This document shows, one piece after another, positions 45,588 through 55,250 of a stretch of 55,341 nt of DNA. Position 1 is the first letter of the stretch; the number at the start of each line of letters is the position of its first letter. A model generated the notes under the pieces. It made no database searches. It had not been told where the DNA came from and saw nothing but the letters and a program-made list of their open reading frames with translations. Source of the stretch: a virus (taxonomy: Duplodnaviria > Caudoviricetes); the IMG/VR virus record IMGVR_UViG_3300033146_002149, positions 1 through 55,341 of that record; one strand, 5' to 3'. Both the position numbers and the translations under genes were made by a program.

Positions 45588-47384
45588 ATGCTAAATAAAG
45601 AAGTTTTAATAGATAAAATAAGTAAAGCAAATGCATCATACGCCGCTGGCATTCCTTTTATATCCGATACAGAGTATGACATCCTTTGGCAAAGCCTTTA
45701 TACTATTGATCCTACAAATGATTTATTATATCACACATCACAAAATCGCACAAACTTGACTGGCCTTCCCTGGCATAAACACCAAATATTCGGCACACAA
45801 AAAGCATTCAATATGCTTGATATGAAGATCTTTCTCACAAGATTTGGTGATCAACCGCTTGTATTTGAGCCAAAATATGATGGTTGTGCAGCGGTATTAA
45901 CAAAGACCAAGGAAAGTTGGTTGCTCTGTCTTAGTGGCAACGGTCAATGTGGGACTAACATTACTCATATGATGCCCTTCATAGATTTTCCCTTCCCCCT
46001 ACGGAATTTTCAATCAATTGAAATCATCCTTCTGACTAAAGATTGGTCATCAGATTTTGGAGCTAACCCAAGAAATGTTGTCGCCGGATGGTTAGCCCGT
46101 AAACATGGCGAGCCAGAAGCAATAATGACAGCCGTTCCTCATGATTTTGGCACTTTCCAGGAGCATTATACTTACGATGGTGATTTAGATAAACTTAGTG
46201 AAATCCTCCTAAAGCTACACGCTAAATGGAGGGAAACATATCCAATTGATGGCATCATGGTAAAAGTTGCTGATGATAATGTTAGGTTAGTATCGGGGAA
46301 TAATGGGCAAGTTAATAGTTGGTCAATTGCCTGGAAACCTCCAATTCAAATGAAGAAAACAATTGTTGAAAGCATTGAATGGAATGTTAGCCGCCTAGGT
46401 AGAGTTATCCCAACAGTTGTTTATTCCCCAATTGACTTATGTTCCACGATTAATACTCGTGTAACTGGAAATAATGCCAAATGGTTATATGAGAAACAAA
46501 TTTGTATCGGAGCAACTTTGTTAGTTGGTAAAGCAGGTGAAATCATACCAAAGATTATCACAGTAAATAATGAAAATAATCCTATCGGTGAAGTAACTCC
46601 AGAAGATATAGATCTCCCAGAAGATTGCCCCATTTGCCATGAGCCTTTATCTTTCCAAGGTGTTCACTTAATATGTACTGGGGATAAATGTATTGCAAAA
46701 CTAACTGTCTCTATAGCTTATTTTTATAGTCATAAAGGAGTCAAGATAGATGGTATAGGCGAAGGAAGCATCATTAAGTTATTAGAAGATCCTCATTGTT
46801 TTGCTATCTTATCTATTAAGCCTTGGGCATTATTAGCGATGACAACATATGATCTTCTACCCAAGGTAATAAGTATTCTTGGGAATAAGATTACTGCCAA
46901 TATTTTAAGAGAAATTAAACAATCTAATGAAACAAAAACTATGGCACACTTTATATCCGGCCTGGGCTTACCAAGTTTGGCTTATAAATCTTCATTACGA
47001 TTATGCCAATATGTAAAATCAGGGGAATTAAAAGGTCATATTACAGCCCAGGCAAGAGAAAACTTTGCAAAAGCAGCTGTCTTGTTTATGGAAGCAAAAG
47101 AGGAAATGCTTACTGAGTTTACGTTCGCCCAATTACCAAACACAGCCAAGGCAATATATTGCATAACCGGCACATTAAACTCATCTCGGGAAGCAATCAT
47201 AGAATATCTATCTCTTCAAGGATATGAATATTCCTCCCATATTACCAGATTAACAAATTACTTAATTCTTGGTGAATCCCCAGGCAAGACAAAGATCAAC
47301 AAAGCAATTAAACATAACATACCACAAATAACTGAAGAACAATTTATGAATCTTTTAACAAAGGAAAAGAAAGATGAAACCTAA
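45588..47384 (+). CDS. ligA: NAD+-dependent DNA ligase
   Basis: Y...ISDTEYD Ia domain, EPKYDG, NPRN, PIDGIMVK, AWK, OB WNVSRLGRVIP, Zn finger CPIC..C..C, BRCT CITGTL...GKTK..KA. Confidence 0.92.
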   Translation: MLNKEVLIDKISKANASYAAGIPFISDTEYDILWQSLYTIDPTNDLLYHTSQNRTNLTGLPWHKHQIFGTQKAFNMLDMKIFLTRFGDQPLVFEPKYDGCAAVLTKTKESWLLCLSGNGQCGTNITHMMPFIDFPFPLRNFQSIEIILLTKDWSSDFGANPRNVVAGWLARKHGEPEAIMTAVPHDFGTFQEHYTYDGDLDKLSEILLKLHAKWRETYPIDGIMVKVADDNVRLVSGNNGQVNSWSIAWKPPIQMKKTIVESIEWNVSRLGRVIPTVVYSPIDLCSTINTRVTGNNAKWLYEKQICIGATLLVGKAGEIIPKIITVNNENNPIGEVTPEDIDLPEDCPICHEPLSFQGVHLICTGDKCIAKLTVSIAYFYSHKGVKIDGIGEGSIIKLLEDPHCFAILSIKPWALLAMTTYDLLPKVISILGNKITANILREIKQSNETKTMAHFISGLGLPSLAYKSSLRLCQYVKSGELKGHITAQARENFAKAAVLFMEAKEEMLTEFTFAQLPNTAKAIYCITGTLNSSREAIIEYLSLQGYEYSSHITRLTNYLILGESPGKTKINKAIKHNIPQITEEQFMNLLTKEKKDET

Positions 47385-47610
47385 GTACGATGAAAACCAA
47401 AACATTATCTATGAGCGCAAAGTAACTGCCCGCATAAATAATAAGCTATACACAAAGGTGAATGAACATTTCCATCATGGGCAGCAAACGATGTTGTTCC
47501 GCCATATATTTGAATCACTAGCAAGCTTGATTGATGCTGGTAAATTTGATCAGGTTACTGATTATCTGTATAAAAAAGAATCTTTAACCTTACCAAAGGT
47601 GGAAGCTTAA
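47374..47610 (+). CDS. Hypothetical protein (possible RHH-like DNA binder)
   Basis: 78 aa; KVTARIN strand followed by two helices. Confidence 0.5.
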   Translation: MKPKYDENQNIIYERKVTARINNKLYTKVNEHFHHGQQTMLFRHIFESLASLIDAGKFDQVTDYLYKKESLTLPKVEA

Positions 47611-47612
47611 CT

Positions 47613-47969
47613 ATGAATAGACAACAAACAGCTCCGAAAAACAACAACTTGGAAGATAAACCGCAAGTTTCATTGCTCCCGTTAGATCTACTGATACCAA
47701 TGCTCGAACCTGCTTACAGGGAAGGCATCATAAAATATGATCGAGAATCTTGGCGGCTTGGATTTACCAGTACAATTATGTATGACGCTCTAATGAGGCA
47801 TTTGCTAAAATGGTTTTTCAACAACGAAACCTTTGACCCAGAATCAATAAGCAAGCATAACATTAATAAACATCATTTAGGAGCAGTTCTTTTTTGTGCT
47901 ATTAATTTATATAATACAGAAATGAATTTTCCTCACCTGGATGATCGTCCGAATAAAGGAGAAAAATAA
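47613..47969 (+). CDS. DUF5664-type dATP/dGTP diphosphohydrolase-domain protein
   Basis: KPQVSLLP...GIIKYDRESWRLG...YDALMRHL..W...DPES...HHLGAV. Confidence 0.75.
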   Translation: MNRQQTAPKNNNLEDKPQVSLLPLDLLIPMLEPAYREGIIKYDRESWRLGFTSTIMYDALMRHLLKWFFNNETFDPESISKHNINKHHLGAVLFCAINLYNTEMNFPHLDDRPNKGEK

Positions 47970-48256
47970 TGCCTTTAATGGATCGGATATATTGTAAATC
48001 TTTTCTTGATATGTCTTTTGAGAATCAAAAGTCATTAATTGAACGAATCCGCACGATACGCAGTTCAGCCCTGAATGCAGCAAAAGTTAGTTCAAAGCGA
48101 ATTACTAAATCAGCCATGAAGAACATTGCCAAACGAGCTGGAACTAAGCAAGGAAAGAAGATGCTGAAAGATCCAACTAAAGCAGCAAAAGCAGCCTTAG
48201 CCAAATTAACGCCAGCCCAAATAATGGCAATAACTAAACAATTACAAGGACTTTAA
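47969..48256 (+). CDS. Basic hypothetical protein
   Basis: 95 aa, K/A-rich, TAATG coupling. Confidence 0.55.
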   Translation: MPLMDRIYCKSFLDMSFENQKSLIERIRTIRSSALNAAKVSSKRITKSAMKNIAKRAGTKQGKKMLKDPTKAAKAALAKLTPAQIMAITKQLQGL

Positions 48257-48259
48257 AAC

Positions 48260-48586
48260 ATGAAAACAACCCCAGCAAAAACAGCTCCAGTGAAAACTTT
48301 ACATAACTCCACAATCCCAGGATCAGGTGCAATTGATAATGTCAAAGATATTCAAAGAGTTGGCAATCCTGATATGTTCCAACTTCTTTGTAAGGCATCA
48401 AGTGAAGCTGAAGGTTGGATGAAAAGCACTAAAGCAATGGCAACTCCCACCGGATGTGTTGTGCAAGTAACTACGCAGCAACGAAATCCAGATAAAACAT
48501 ACGTAATTGCTGAAGCCCTTACTTTTGTACCTGGAGTAATGCTTGTTGATGATAATAATAATGGCAGAAAACTTGTTAGGAAATAA
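48260..48586 (+). CDS. Conserved hypothetical phage protein
   Basis: KASSEAEGWMKSTKAM...GCVVQVTTQQ...AEALTFVPG motif. Confidence 0.65.
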   Translation: MKTTPAKTAPVKTLHNSTIPGSGAIDNVKDIQRVGNPDMFQLLCKASSEAEGWMKSTKAMATPTGCVVQVTTQQRNPDKTYVIAEALTFVPGVMLVDDNNNGRKLVRK

Positions 48587-48599
48587 AGGATTATAAAAC

Positions 48600-50015
48600 A
48601 TGCAACTTTTCCAAATAGAGCAACGTCAAATAGCAGACATACTTATAATTGACCGTGCCAGGACAGATGTAGGCGATATCACCGGTTTGGCAAAATCAAT
48701 TGAAATGGTAGGCCAGCTTAATCCAATCTTAATCGATTCAAACAACAAATTAATTGATGGTCTTAATAGATTAAAAGCAATAGAATCTTTAGACCGTACA
48801 ACTATTGAAGTCCGCATAGTAGATGGGATTACAAACGCAGACCATACTCTCATTGAATTGTTAGCTAACATGGATAGGAAGGAATTTCTATGGCATGAAG
48901 AAATTGAACTCAAGCATAAGATTCATAACTTTTGGGTAGCCGCAGCATCTGAAGCAGGTAATAATTGGGGCTACCGTGAGACTTCTAAAAGGCTAAATTG
49001 CAGCCTCGGTGGTCTTTCAACTGACTTGGCTTTTTGTGAAGCATTGAAAATCTTTCCTATGTTGAAAGAGCAAACTACCAAAGGCCGTGCAAAGGAAGCA
49101 TATAAAGCATTAGGTGAGCAGGCCAAAGCTTTACAGAGGATGGATAATTTTAGCCCAGAAGAAAAAGAAAGACTGACTAACCTTCAAACTGGCAACATAA
49201 AGATTCCTGCAAAAAACACAGCTCCCAACACAGCCATTGAGAAAACCAAACAATTAGGTAAAGAACTATCTTTAGATGCACAAAATAAAGCTGATGCTGA
49301 CCAAACTAAAGTACCAGAAGCAGTTTATGTGGCTGAAAACTATAAAACCTTTATAAATAAGATTCCAGACAATTCTGTAGGCATGGTAGAGTTAGATCCT
49401 CCTTATGCAATTGATTTCAATACTAATTATGGAAAGACATCAAAAATTGAAAGCAAAGCTACAGATTGGACTGAGAAAGAATTATTTGAATTTTATTTTC
49501 ATTACCTACCTGTAATTTATACTAAGATGCTTGATTCCAGTTGGGTGTTATGCTGGACAGGCAAGGAACATGTAGTAGAAATCCAGAAGATTGCTACAGA
49601 AATAGGATTTTCAATACAGCAGCCTGGAGTCTGGGTTAAGCCTGGAGGCAGCACCAACCAGCCTAAACGCAACCTAATTAGTAACTGGGAAATGTATATG
49701 CTGTTCCGAAAAGGTGATGCCACATTCAATACCCCATCATTACCTTCTGCAATTCAAATGAATACAGTAAACAATGCAAAGCGGATTCATCAGTGGGAAA
49801 AGCCCATCGAGCTTTATGATCATTTTATCAAAGCAATGGGTAAACCAGGCACGATCTTTTTATCTCCTTTTGCAGGATCTGGTAATTGTTTGATTGCTGC
49901 GGCTAAGGCAAAAATGATGCCAGTTGGCTGTGATAAAAGTCAAAAATACATCCCGCAGTTTTATAGTAATTTGAGTAATTACCTTGGCTTGGATGTAAAA
50001 ATTTCTGGGAGATAA
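48600..50015 (+). CDS. ParB/Srx-domain plus N6/N4 DNA methyltransferase fusion
   Basis: N-terminal LAKSIEMVGQLNPILI...LIDGLNRL...ELLANMDRKE plus HTH; C-terminal LDPPY, HQWEKPIEL, SPFAGSG (beta-class order). Confidence 0.85.
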   Translation: MQLFQIEQRQIADILIIDRARTDVGDITGLAKSIEMVGQLNPILIDSNNKLIDGLNRLKAIESLDRTTIEVRIVDGITNADHTLIELLANMDRKEFLWHEEIELKHKIHNFWVAAASEAGNNWGYRETSKRLNCSLGGLSTDLAFCEALKIFPMLKEQTTKGRAKEAYKALGEQAKALQRMDNFSPEEKERLTNLQTGNIKIPAKNTAPNTAIEKTKQLGKELSLDAQNKADADQTKVPEAVYVAENYKTFINKIPDNSVGMVELDPPYAIDFNTNYGKTSKIESKATDWTEKELFEFYFHYLPVIYTKMLDSSWVLCWTGKEHVVEIQKIATEIGFSIQQPGVWVKPGGSTNQPKRNLISNWEMYMLFRKGDATFNTPSLPSAIQMNTVNNAKRIHQWEKPIELYDHFIKAMGKPGTIFLSPFAGSGNCLIAAAKAKMMPVGCDKSQKYIPQFYSNLSNYLGLDVKISGR

Positions 50016-50018
50016 CTT

Positions 50019-50207
50019 ATGATCATCATCGGAAAGATTATCCGTAATATCAGACAAAGCAATTCCATCGAAGTACAAGACATTAATACAAAGAAAACAT
50101 ATATCGTTGATCGGTATGCGGTGTTACGGATTATTAATCCGGTAGAGAATTTTAGCTCTAATAAATCTAATTATAATATGTTATATGAATTTAAGGTAAA
50201 GGAATAA
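50019..50207 (+). CDS. Hypothetical protein
   Basis: 62 aa, RBS GGGAGA. Confidence 0.5.
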   Translation: MIIIGKIIRNIRQSNSIEVQDINTKKTYIVDRYAVLRIINPVENFSSNKSNYNMLYEFKVKE

Positions 50208-50212
50208 TTTTT

Positions 50213-50410
50213 ATGAAACTTAAAGCTTTACAGACACCATATCATTTTAGTCGCCAAGAATTTACAGATCACATTTATCTTTGTGCCATTAAAGAGCGGA
50301 AAAAAACTTTATTTACTTCTGAGCTAGATGATAAAAAAATAAAACAAATACAAAGTGAAATAGAATGTATGGAAAACCGTTTGAAGAAGCTGAAAAACAG
50401 CAGGAGATAA
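50213..50410 (+). CDS. Hypothetical protein
   Basis: 65 aa, in the operon. Confidence 0.5.
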   Translation: MKLKALQTPYHFSRQEFTDHIYLCAIKERKKTLFTSELDDKKIKQIQSEIECMENRLKKLKNSRR

Positions 50411-50413
50411 AAA

Positions 50414-50644
50414 ATGAAAAATAAAAAAACATATTCATTTTATAAAAAGTTTTATGCCCAGCATAAAATAATAGCATTTCAACACCAGAATTTAAGAAAA
50501 CATTTTGATAAGTTGGTTGATGATGTTTTAGGTGAAAAATATTATAACTTAGGTTTAGATGTTTATCACACTGATAAATTATGTTGTGAAGATATTAAGG
50601 AGAAAGCCCAAAGTTTTTGGCAAAAATTATTTAAAAAGTTTTAA
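50414..50644 (+). CDS. Hypothetical protein
   Basis: 76 aa, RBS AGGAGA. Confidence 0.55.
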   Translation: MKNKKTYSFYKKFYAQHKIIAFQHQNLRKHFDKLVDDVLGEKYYNLGLDVYHTDKLCCEDIKEKAQSFWQKLFKKF

Positions 50645-50682
50645 TTCTTAAAAGGCTTTAATTCTTAAAAGGATTTAAAAAG

Positions 50683-50958
50683 ATGACAAAATATAAATCA
50701 GGTCAAATTATGAAAGATGCTTCAAAAGAAAATGATCCTTCAAAATATTGCTGCCTTCATAAGAATATTGTGCCTATAGAGATTGGCTTTGCCTGTATTA
50801 CTTATCCAAACGGATATGAAGCTGATCCAAATTATAACTTTGCCATTAATCTAATCGGAGCAAACATCGCAAGAGTGAAATCTTATCTTTGCTTAGATTG
50901 TAAAATGGAAATCAAAGCTCCAAGTCAGGAACAAACCAAGAAGGATATCCTCATATAA
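50683..50958 (+). CDS. Small Cys/His protein
   Basis: CCLHKN...CLDC. Confidence 0.55.
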   Translation: MTKYKSGQIMKDASKENDPSKYCCLHKNIVPIEIGFACITYPNGYEADPNYNFAINLIGANIARVKSYLCLDCKMEIKAPSQEQTKKDILI

Positions 50959-50973
50959 CGTAAGGAAACAACT

Positions 50974-53499
50974 ATGATCATTCCAAAGATTTCTGTAGCA
51001 CCAAAAAAGTCTAAAGAAGTTTCTTTTGACGTGTTAGCTATAGATTGCCCGCCAACAGATAATATCAATTCCGCAGTTATTGCCATGGTCGGGGAGATTC
51101 CAACCGATTTAGAGCTCTTGAAGGAAGAACCTTTTGTCGGCCCCGTGGGTAGTCAGCTTAATCGTATATGTGCAGCGGTTCGGCTTGCTAGGTATCAAAT
51201 TTATTTGACACATGCTTGTAAGGCTAAAATCCCATCAAATAATTACAACAAACTATGGACAGCTAAAGGTTTCAGGCATTCTCAATGGGGAGAGCTACAA
51301 AGAAACTTGATTGATGAACTTGCAGCATTTCCAGGCAAAGTAATAATGTTACTCGGCTCTACTCCAATGAAACTCTTAATCGATGAGCCAAGGTTTGATT
51401 CAATCAGTAAATATCGAGGATCATTCTATCCAGCTGAAAAATTCCCGCATCTTAAAGATAAGCTAGCGGGCAAAATCATCGGATTCTCATACCATCCATC
51501 ATTTACTATGGTTTATGGTAAACCAATTCATTTCTATACAATTATAGCTGATTTCCTTAAAGCATTAAAAATCATCGATGAGCCAGAACTTCTTAAAGAT
51601 AATACGAAGATAATAATCCAGCCTACCTTGACTGAAATAACAAACTTTTATTCATTAATCAGTACGAAAGATTTTGTCGCCTTTGATATTGAAGCCACAC
51701 CGGAATTTATAACCTGCTTTTCATTGGCAATTTACGATGACGGTTTGATTAAATCTATGTCAATACCAATAATGGATAATCAAGGAGCGTATTGGGGTGT
51801 TGACGAAGAGACTAGAATTTGGATAGGTTTGGCTGAAATTCTGGGCAACCCTTCCATAGGCAAGATATGCCAAAATGGAATGTTTGACCTAATGTTTATC
51901 TTGCGCACGATGAATATAAAAACAGATAATTTTTATTTTGACACTATGTTGGCTCAGCATATTTGTTATACTGAACTGCCGAAAGGTTTGGATTATTTAA
52001 CTTCCGCCTATACTTATTATCCCTACTATAAAGACGAAGGTAAGCAATCACATCTTAAGGTAATTAAAGACTGGAAACAATACTGGCAATATAATGCGAA
52101 AGATTCAGCTTATTTGCTCCCGATATCTGAAGCCCTCATAAAAGAACTGGAAGAATTTGAATCCACTGATGCAATGGAATATACGATGGCTCTGCATAAG
52201 CCTTTAATGGAAATGGAGTTCAACGGTTTTTTGACAGATGTTCGGGGAATTAAAAAGACTAAAAAAGAGTATGAATTAAAAATCATTACGCTGCAAAAAG
52301 AACTTGACGATATCGCCGGGAAGGAAATCAACGTATCATCAGCGAAGCAAATGATTGCTTATTTCTACGGGATATGTATGATCAAACCGTATATTAATCC
52401 CAAAACGAAAAATGCAACTTGCAATACAGTAGCGTTGCATAGGATTGCTAAAAAAGGTGCTAAGGGAGCTGAAGAAGCGAAGTTGATAATCAAAATCAGG
52501 AAGTATAAGAAGTTAGTTTCAACTTATTTTAACATTGCCGTAGATGATGATAATAAACTTCGATGTAGTCATAAGATTTCTGGGACAGTATCAGGTAGAA
52601 TTGCAACGGAAAAGACTTTTTTCGGAACTGGATCAAACCTTCAGAATCAACCTTACATCTTTAAATATTTTCTCATAGCCGAGCCGGATTGGATTCTATG
52701 TGAATGTGATCTTGCTAAAGCTGAAGCCCATGTAGTTGCTTATCTAACCCAAGATGCTAACATGATTCAGTCGTTTGAATCAGGGATTGATGTACATAGT
52801 TTTAATGCCAGCAAAATATTTGATGTTCCAATAGAAGATGTTATCCATGAGGCTAAGACTAAAAAGGTAGATCAAAAAAGCACAATGAGGTACATGGGAA
52901 AGAAGGTTGTGCACGCCAGTAATTATAGCATGGGTGCGCAAACATTCTCCGATCAATTGGCAACTGAAGAAATTTTTAAAGGCATGGCTGATTGTAAGAA
53001 ACTCCTAATTAATTACACAGATCGATTTCCTGGTCTGAAAAGATGGCATCAATCCATTGAAGAAGAGGTCACAAATAGCAGGGTACTGTTTAATTTATTT
53101 GGCCGGCCTAGGAGATTCTTGGGTGATATGAATGCAGCTTTGTTTAGAAATGCTTATAGCTACAAACCTCAATCTACTGTAGCGGAGTTGTTAAATAAAG
53201 GAATGATTAAATGCTCCAATGATAAGCGGCTTATGAAAGATGGATTTGACATAAGATTTAATACTACTGTCCATGATTCAATGGTCTTTAGTTTTCATAA
53301 AAGCCAGATTGATAACTTACTCCAAATTTTACTTATTATTAAAGATCACATGACACACACTTTTACATATAAAGGAAAGAGTTTTACCATTGGCTTGGAT
53401 GCTAAGATTGGTCGGCAGTGGGCTGGCAAGACAGCTGAAATAGCAAGTTTTACTCAAAAAGAGATAGACGCTGCAATGGATAAGATAAACATTAAGTAA
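50974..53499 (+). CDS. polA: Family A DNA polymerase with N-terminal uracil-DNA-glycosylase-like domain and 3'-5' exonuclease
   Basis: UDG-like VGEIP...EPFVGPVG...SYHPS; exonuclease FDIE, QNGMFD, YNAKD; polymerase TVSGRI, NLQN, CDLAKAE, RYMGKKVVHASNY, TVHDS. Confidence 0.92.
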   Translation: MIIPKISVAPKKSKEVSFDVLAIDCPPTDNINSAVIAMVGEIPTDLELLKEEPFVGPVGSQLNRICAAVRLARYQIYLTHACKAKIPSNNYNKLWTAKGFRHSQWGELQRNLIDELAAFPGKVIMLLGSTPMKLLIDEPRFDSISKYRGSFYPAEKFPHLKDKLAGKIIGFSYHPSFTMVYGKPIHFYTIIADFLKALKIIDEPELLKDNTKIIIQPTLTEITNFYSLISTKDFVAFDIEATPEFITCFSLAIYDDGLIKSMSIPIMDNQGAYWGVDEETRIWIGLAEILGNPSIGKICQNGMFDLMFILRTMNIKTDNFYFDTMLAQHICYTELPKGLDYLTSAYTYYPYYKDEGKQSHLKVIKDWKQYWQYNAKDSAYLLPISEALIKELEEFESTDAMEYTMALHKPLMEMEFNGFLTDVRGIKKTKKEYELKIITLQKELDDIAGKEINVSSAKQMIAYFYGICMIKPYINPKTKNATCNTVALHRIAKKGAKGAEEAKLIIKIRKYKKLVSTYFNIAVDDDNKLRCSHKISGTVSGRIATEKTFFGTGSNLQNQPYIFKYFLIAEPDWILCECDLAKAEAHVVAYLTQDANMIQSFESGIDVHSFNASKIFDVPIEDVIHEAKTKKVDQKSTMRYMGKKVVHASNYSMGAQTFSDQLATEEIFKGMADCKKLLINYTDRFPGLKRWHQSIEEEVTNSRVLFNLFGRPRRFLGDMNAALFRNAYSYKPQSTVAELLNKGMIKCSNDKRLMKDGFDIRFNTTVHDSMVFSFHKSQIDNLLQILLIIKDHMTHTFTYKGKSFTIGLDAKIGRQWAGKTAEIASFTQKEIDAAMDKINIK

Positions 53500-53533
53500 A
53501 TATTAATTATATTATTTTAATTAGGTATAAATT

Positions 53534-54793
53534 ATGGCTAGGCAATTATCAGACTGGCTCGAGAATTACATGAAGTACACACAACGGACAGAACCTCCAG
53601 AATTATATCATCTTTGGTCTGGCCTAACTGCAATTAGCTCTGCCTTGCGTAGGAAGTGCTATTGTAATTGGGGAGCCTTGAGAGGATTTGTCTATCCGAA
53701 TATTTTTGTCTCATTAGTTGGGCCGCCAGGTGGGAGAAAAGGCACAGCTATGAAGATCGCAAAAGTTTTTGTACAGCAGTTAGATATACCACTTGGGGCA
53801 GACTCGTTAGGATCAACTCAAGCGTTATTTCAAACATTTATTGAGAGTGAAGATAGTTATGTTGATTCAAAAGGAGGTACAAAGAAACATAAAAGCCTAT
53901 CCATATGGGCAGAAGAGTTCCAGGTTTTTTTGAATGATAGAGATCAAATGTTAATCGCATCTTTGACTGATCTATTTGATTGTGCAGATGTTTGGAAGTA
54001 TAAAACATTATCAAGAAAAACAGAAGACTTATCTTATTGCTGGCTAACTATCATCGGAGCCATTACGCCTAGTTTGCTACAAGCCAGATTGACACAAGAT
54101 GCAGTAGGTGGCGGTCTGTTATCACGGATCATTTTTGTAGTCGCTCAGGGCCCCAAGCAACGGAGGGCTTTGCAGTTTTTAACACCCGAAGAGATGGACA
54201 TTCAAAAGAAGTTAGCATACGACTTACAGGAAATCGCCAACTTAGCAGGGCAGTTCACGTTGAGTAAAGATTTCCTCCAAGCCTATGTACGATGGTATGA
54301 GCATGAATATGACGATTCTGGGGTTTCATCTGAGAAATTCCTCGGATATAATCATCGTCGCCCGCTGCATATTAATAAAGTATGTATGTTGGTATCTGCT
54401 GCGGAAAGTAGTAATTTAATTATTACTGCTGAACATTTTAAGAAAGCCTTAGCGATAATGCAAATAACTGAAAAGGAGATGCCGAATGCGTTTTATGGCC
54501 TGGGGATGTCAAGTCAGGCAAATGTTTATGCGAAGATATTGAGTTTTATTGACTCCAAAGATACGTTTGATTGGAGTGAATTGCTGAGAAACTTTCATCT
54601 GGACGTGGAGAATATTAATCAATTACGAGGATACGTGGAAATGGCAGAGCAATCTGGTCGAATAATCGCCGAAAGTTCCGCAACGAGTAATCTTTACACT
54701 ACAGTTAAAGTAGACAAAAGTGTTGATACTTCAGATTATTTAGAACGTACTGTGTTTAGGTTGATGGATAGGAATTTGCTTAAAATAAGCTAA
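53534..54793 (+). CDS. DUF3987/YfjI-like P-loop ATPase (putative replicative helicase/primase-associated)
   Basis: TEPPELYHLW, YPNIFVSLVGPPGGRKGTAM, AEEF, LTDLFD, GAITP, GGLLSRIIFV. Confidence 0.7.
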   Translation: MARQLSDWLENYMKYTQRTEPPELYHLWSGLTAISSALRRKCYCNWGALRGFVYPNIFVSLVGPPGGRKGTAMKIAKVFVQQLDIPLGADSLGSTQALFQTFIESEDSYVDSKGGTKKHKSLSIWAEEFQVFLNDRDQMLIASLTDLFDCADVWKYKTLSRKTEDLSYCWLTIIGAITPSLLQARLTQDAVGGGLLSRIIFVVAQGPKQRRALQFLTPEEMDIQKKLAYDLQEIANLAGQFTLSKDFLQAYVRWYEHEYDDSGVSSEKFLGYNHRRPLHINKVCMLVSAAESSNLIITAEHFKKALAIMQITEKEMPNAFYGLGMSSQANVYAKILSFIDSKDTFDWSELLRNFHLDVENINQLRGYVEMAEQSGRIIAESSATSNLYTTVKVDKSVDTSDYLERTVFRLMDRNLLKIS

Positions 54794-54860
54794 GGAATAA
54801 AAAATAAACGAACAATTATAAGAATTAATGTTGCCTATTTTGATAAATAAGGATGGTAAA

Positions 54861-55133
54861 ATGCCACAATTTAAAAAGAAATCTATAATAATTGAAGCGA
54901 GACAGTTTAATAATGATTCAGAGTCTTTTGGCCTAATTCATTGGATCAATGAGGGACAGTTCGCAAGGGGTGCTGATGTTCCATTTGCCACATGGATCAA
55001 TGGGAATTTGATAATCCCAACACTTGAAGGAGACCATACAGCATCCCCCGGAGATTGGATAATTAAAGGTATCGCTGGTGAATTTTACCCATGCAAACCT
55101 GGTATTTTTGAACAGACATACGAAAAAATTTAA
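54861..55133 (+). CDS. Conserved phage protein (PGDYG-like)
   Basis: FKKKSIIIEARQF...IPTLEGDHTASPGDWIIKGIAGEFYPCKPGIFEQTYE; start moved to MPQF on the basis of the RBS. Confidence 0.75.
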   Translation: MPQFKKKSIIIEARQFNNDSESFGLIHWINEGQFARGADVPFATWINGNLIIPTLEGDHTASPGDWIIKGIAGEFYPCKPGIFEQTYEKI

Positions 55134-55150
55134 ATACTTAATGTCTAAAA

Positions 55151-55205
55151 TAAGCCGCCGGGTGATAAACTCAACGCAAAAGTGGAGCTAACACCGGTCG
55201 GCTTA
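55151..55205 (+). other. Long intergenic hairpin
   Basis: TAAGCCG/CGGCTTA, CCGG(G)TG/CACCGG and CTC/GAG stems, followed by ATTTT. Confidence 0.55.
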
Positions 55206-55250
55206 ATTTTGCTTGTTAGGTAAAAAACTATAAACTGATTGGAGATAAAT

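Noticed and set aside
47613-47969. 2-aminoadenine (Z) genome system
   Set aside because: Only the diphosphohydrolase-like domain is present; no PurZ or HD-family dATPase is seen in the window.
55151-55205. c-di-GMP-I riboswitch, suggested by ACGCAAA
   Set aside because: It lacks the two-hairpin GEMM layout and the GNRA tetraloop/receptor.
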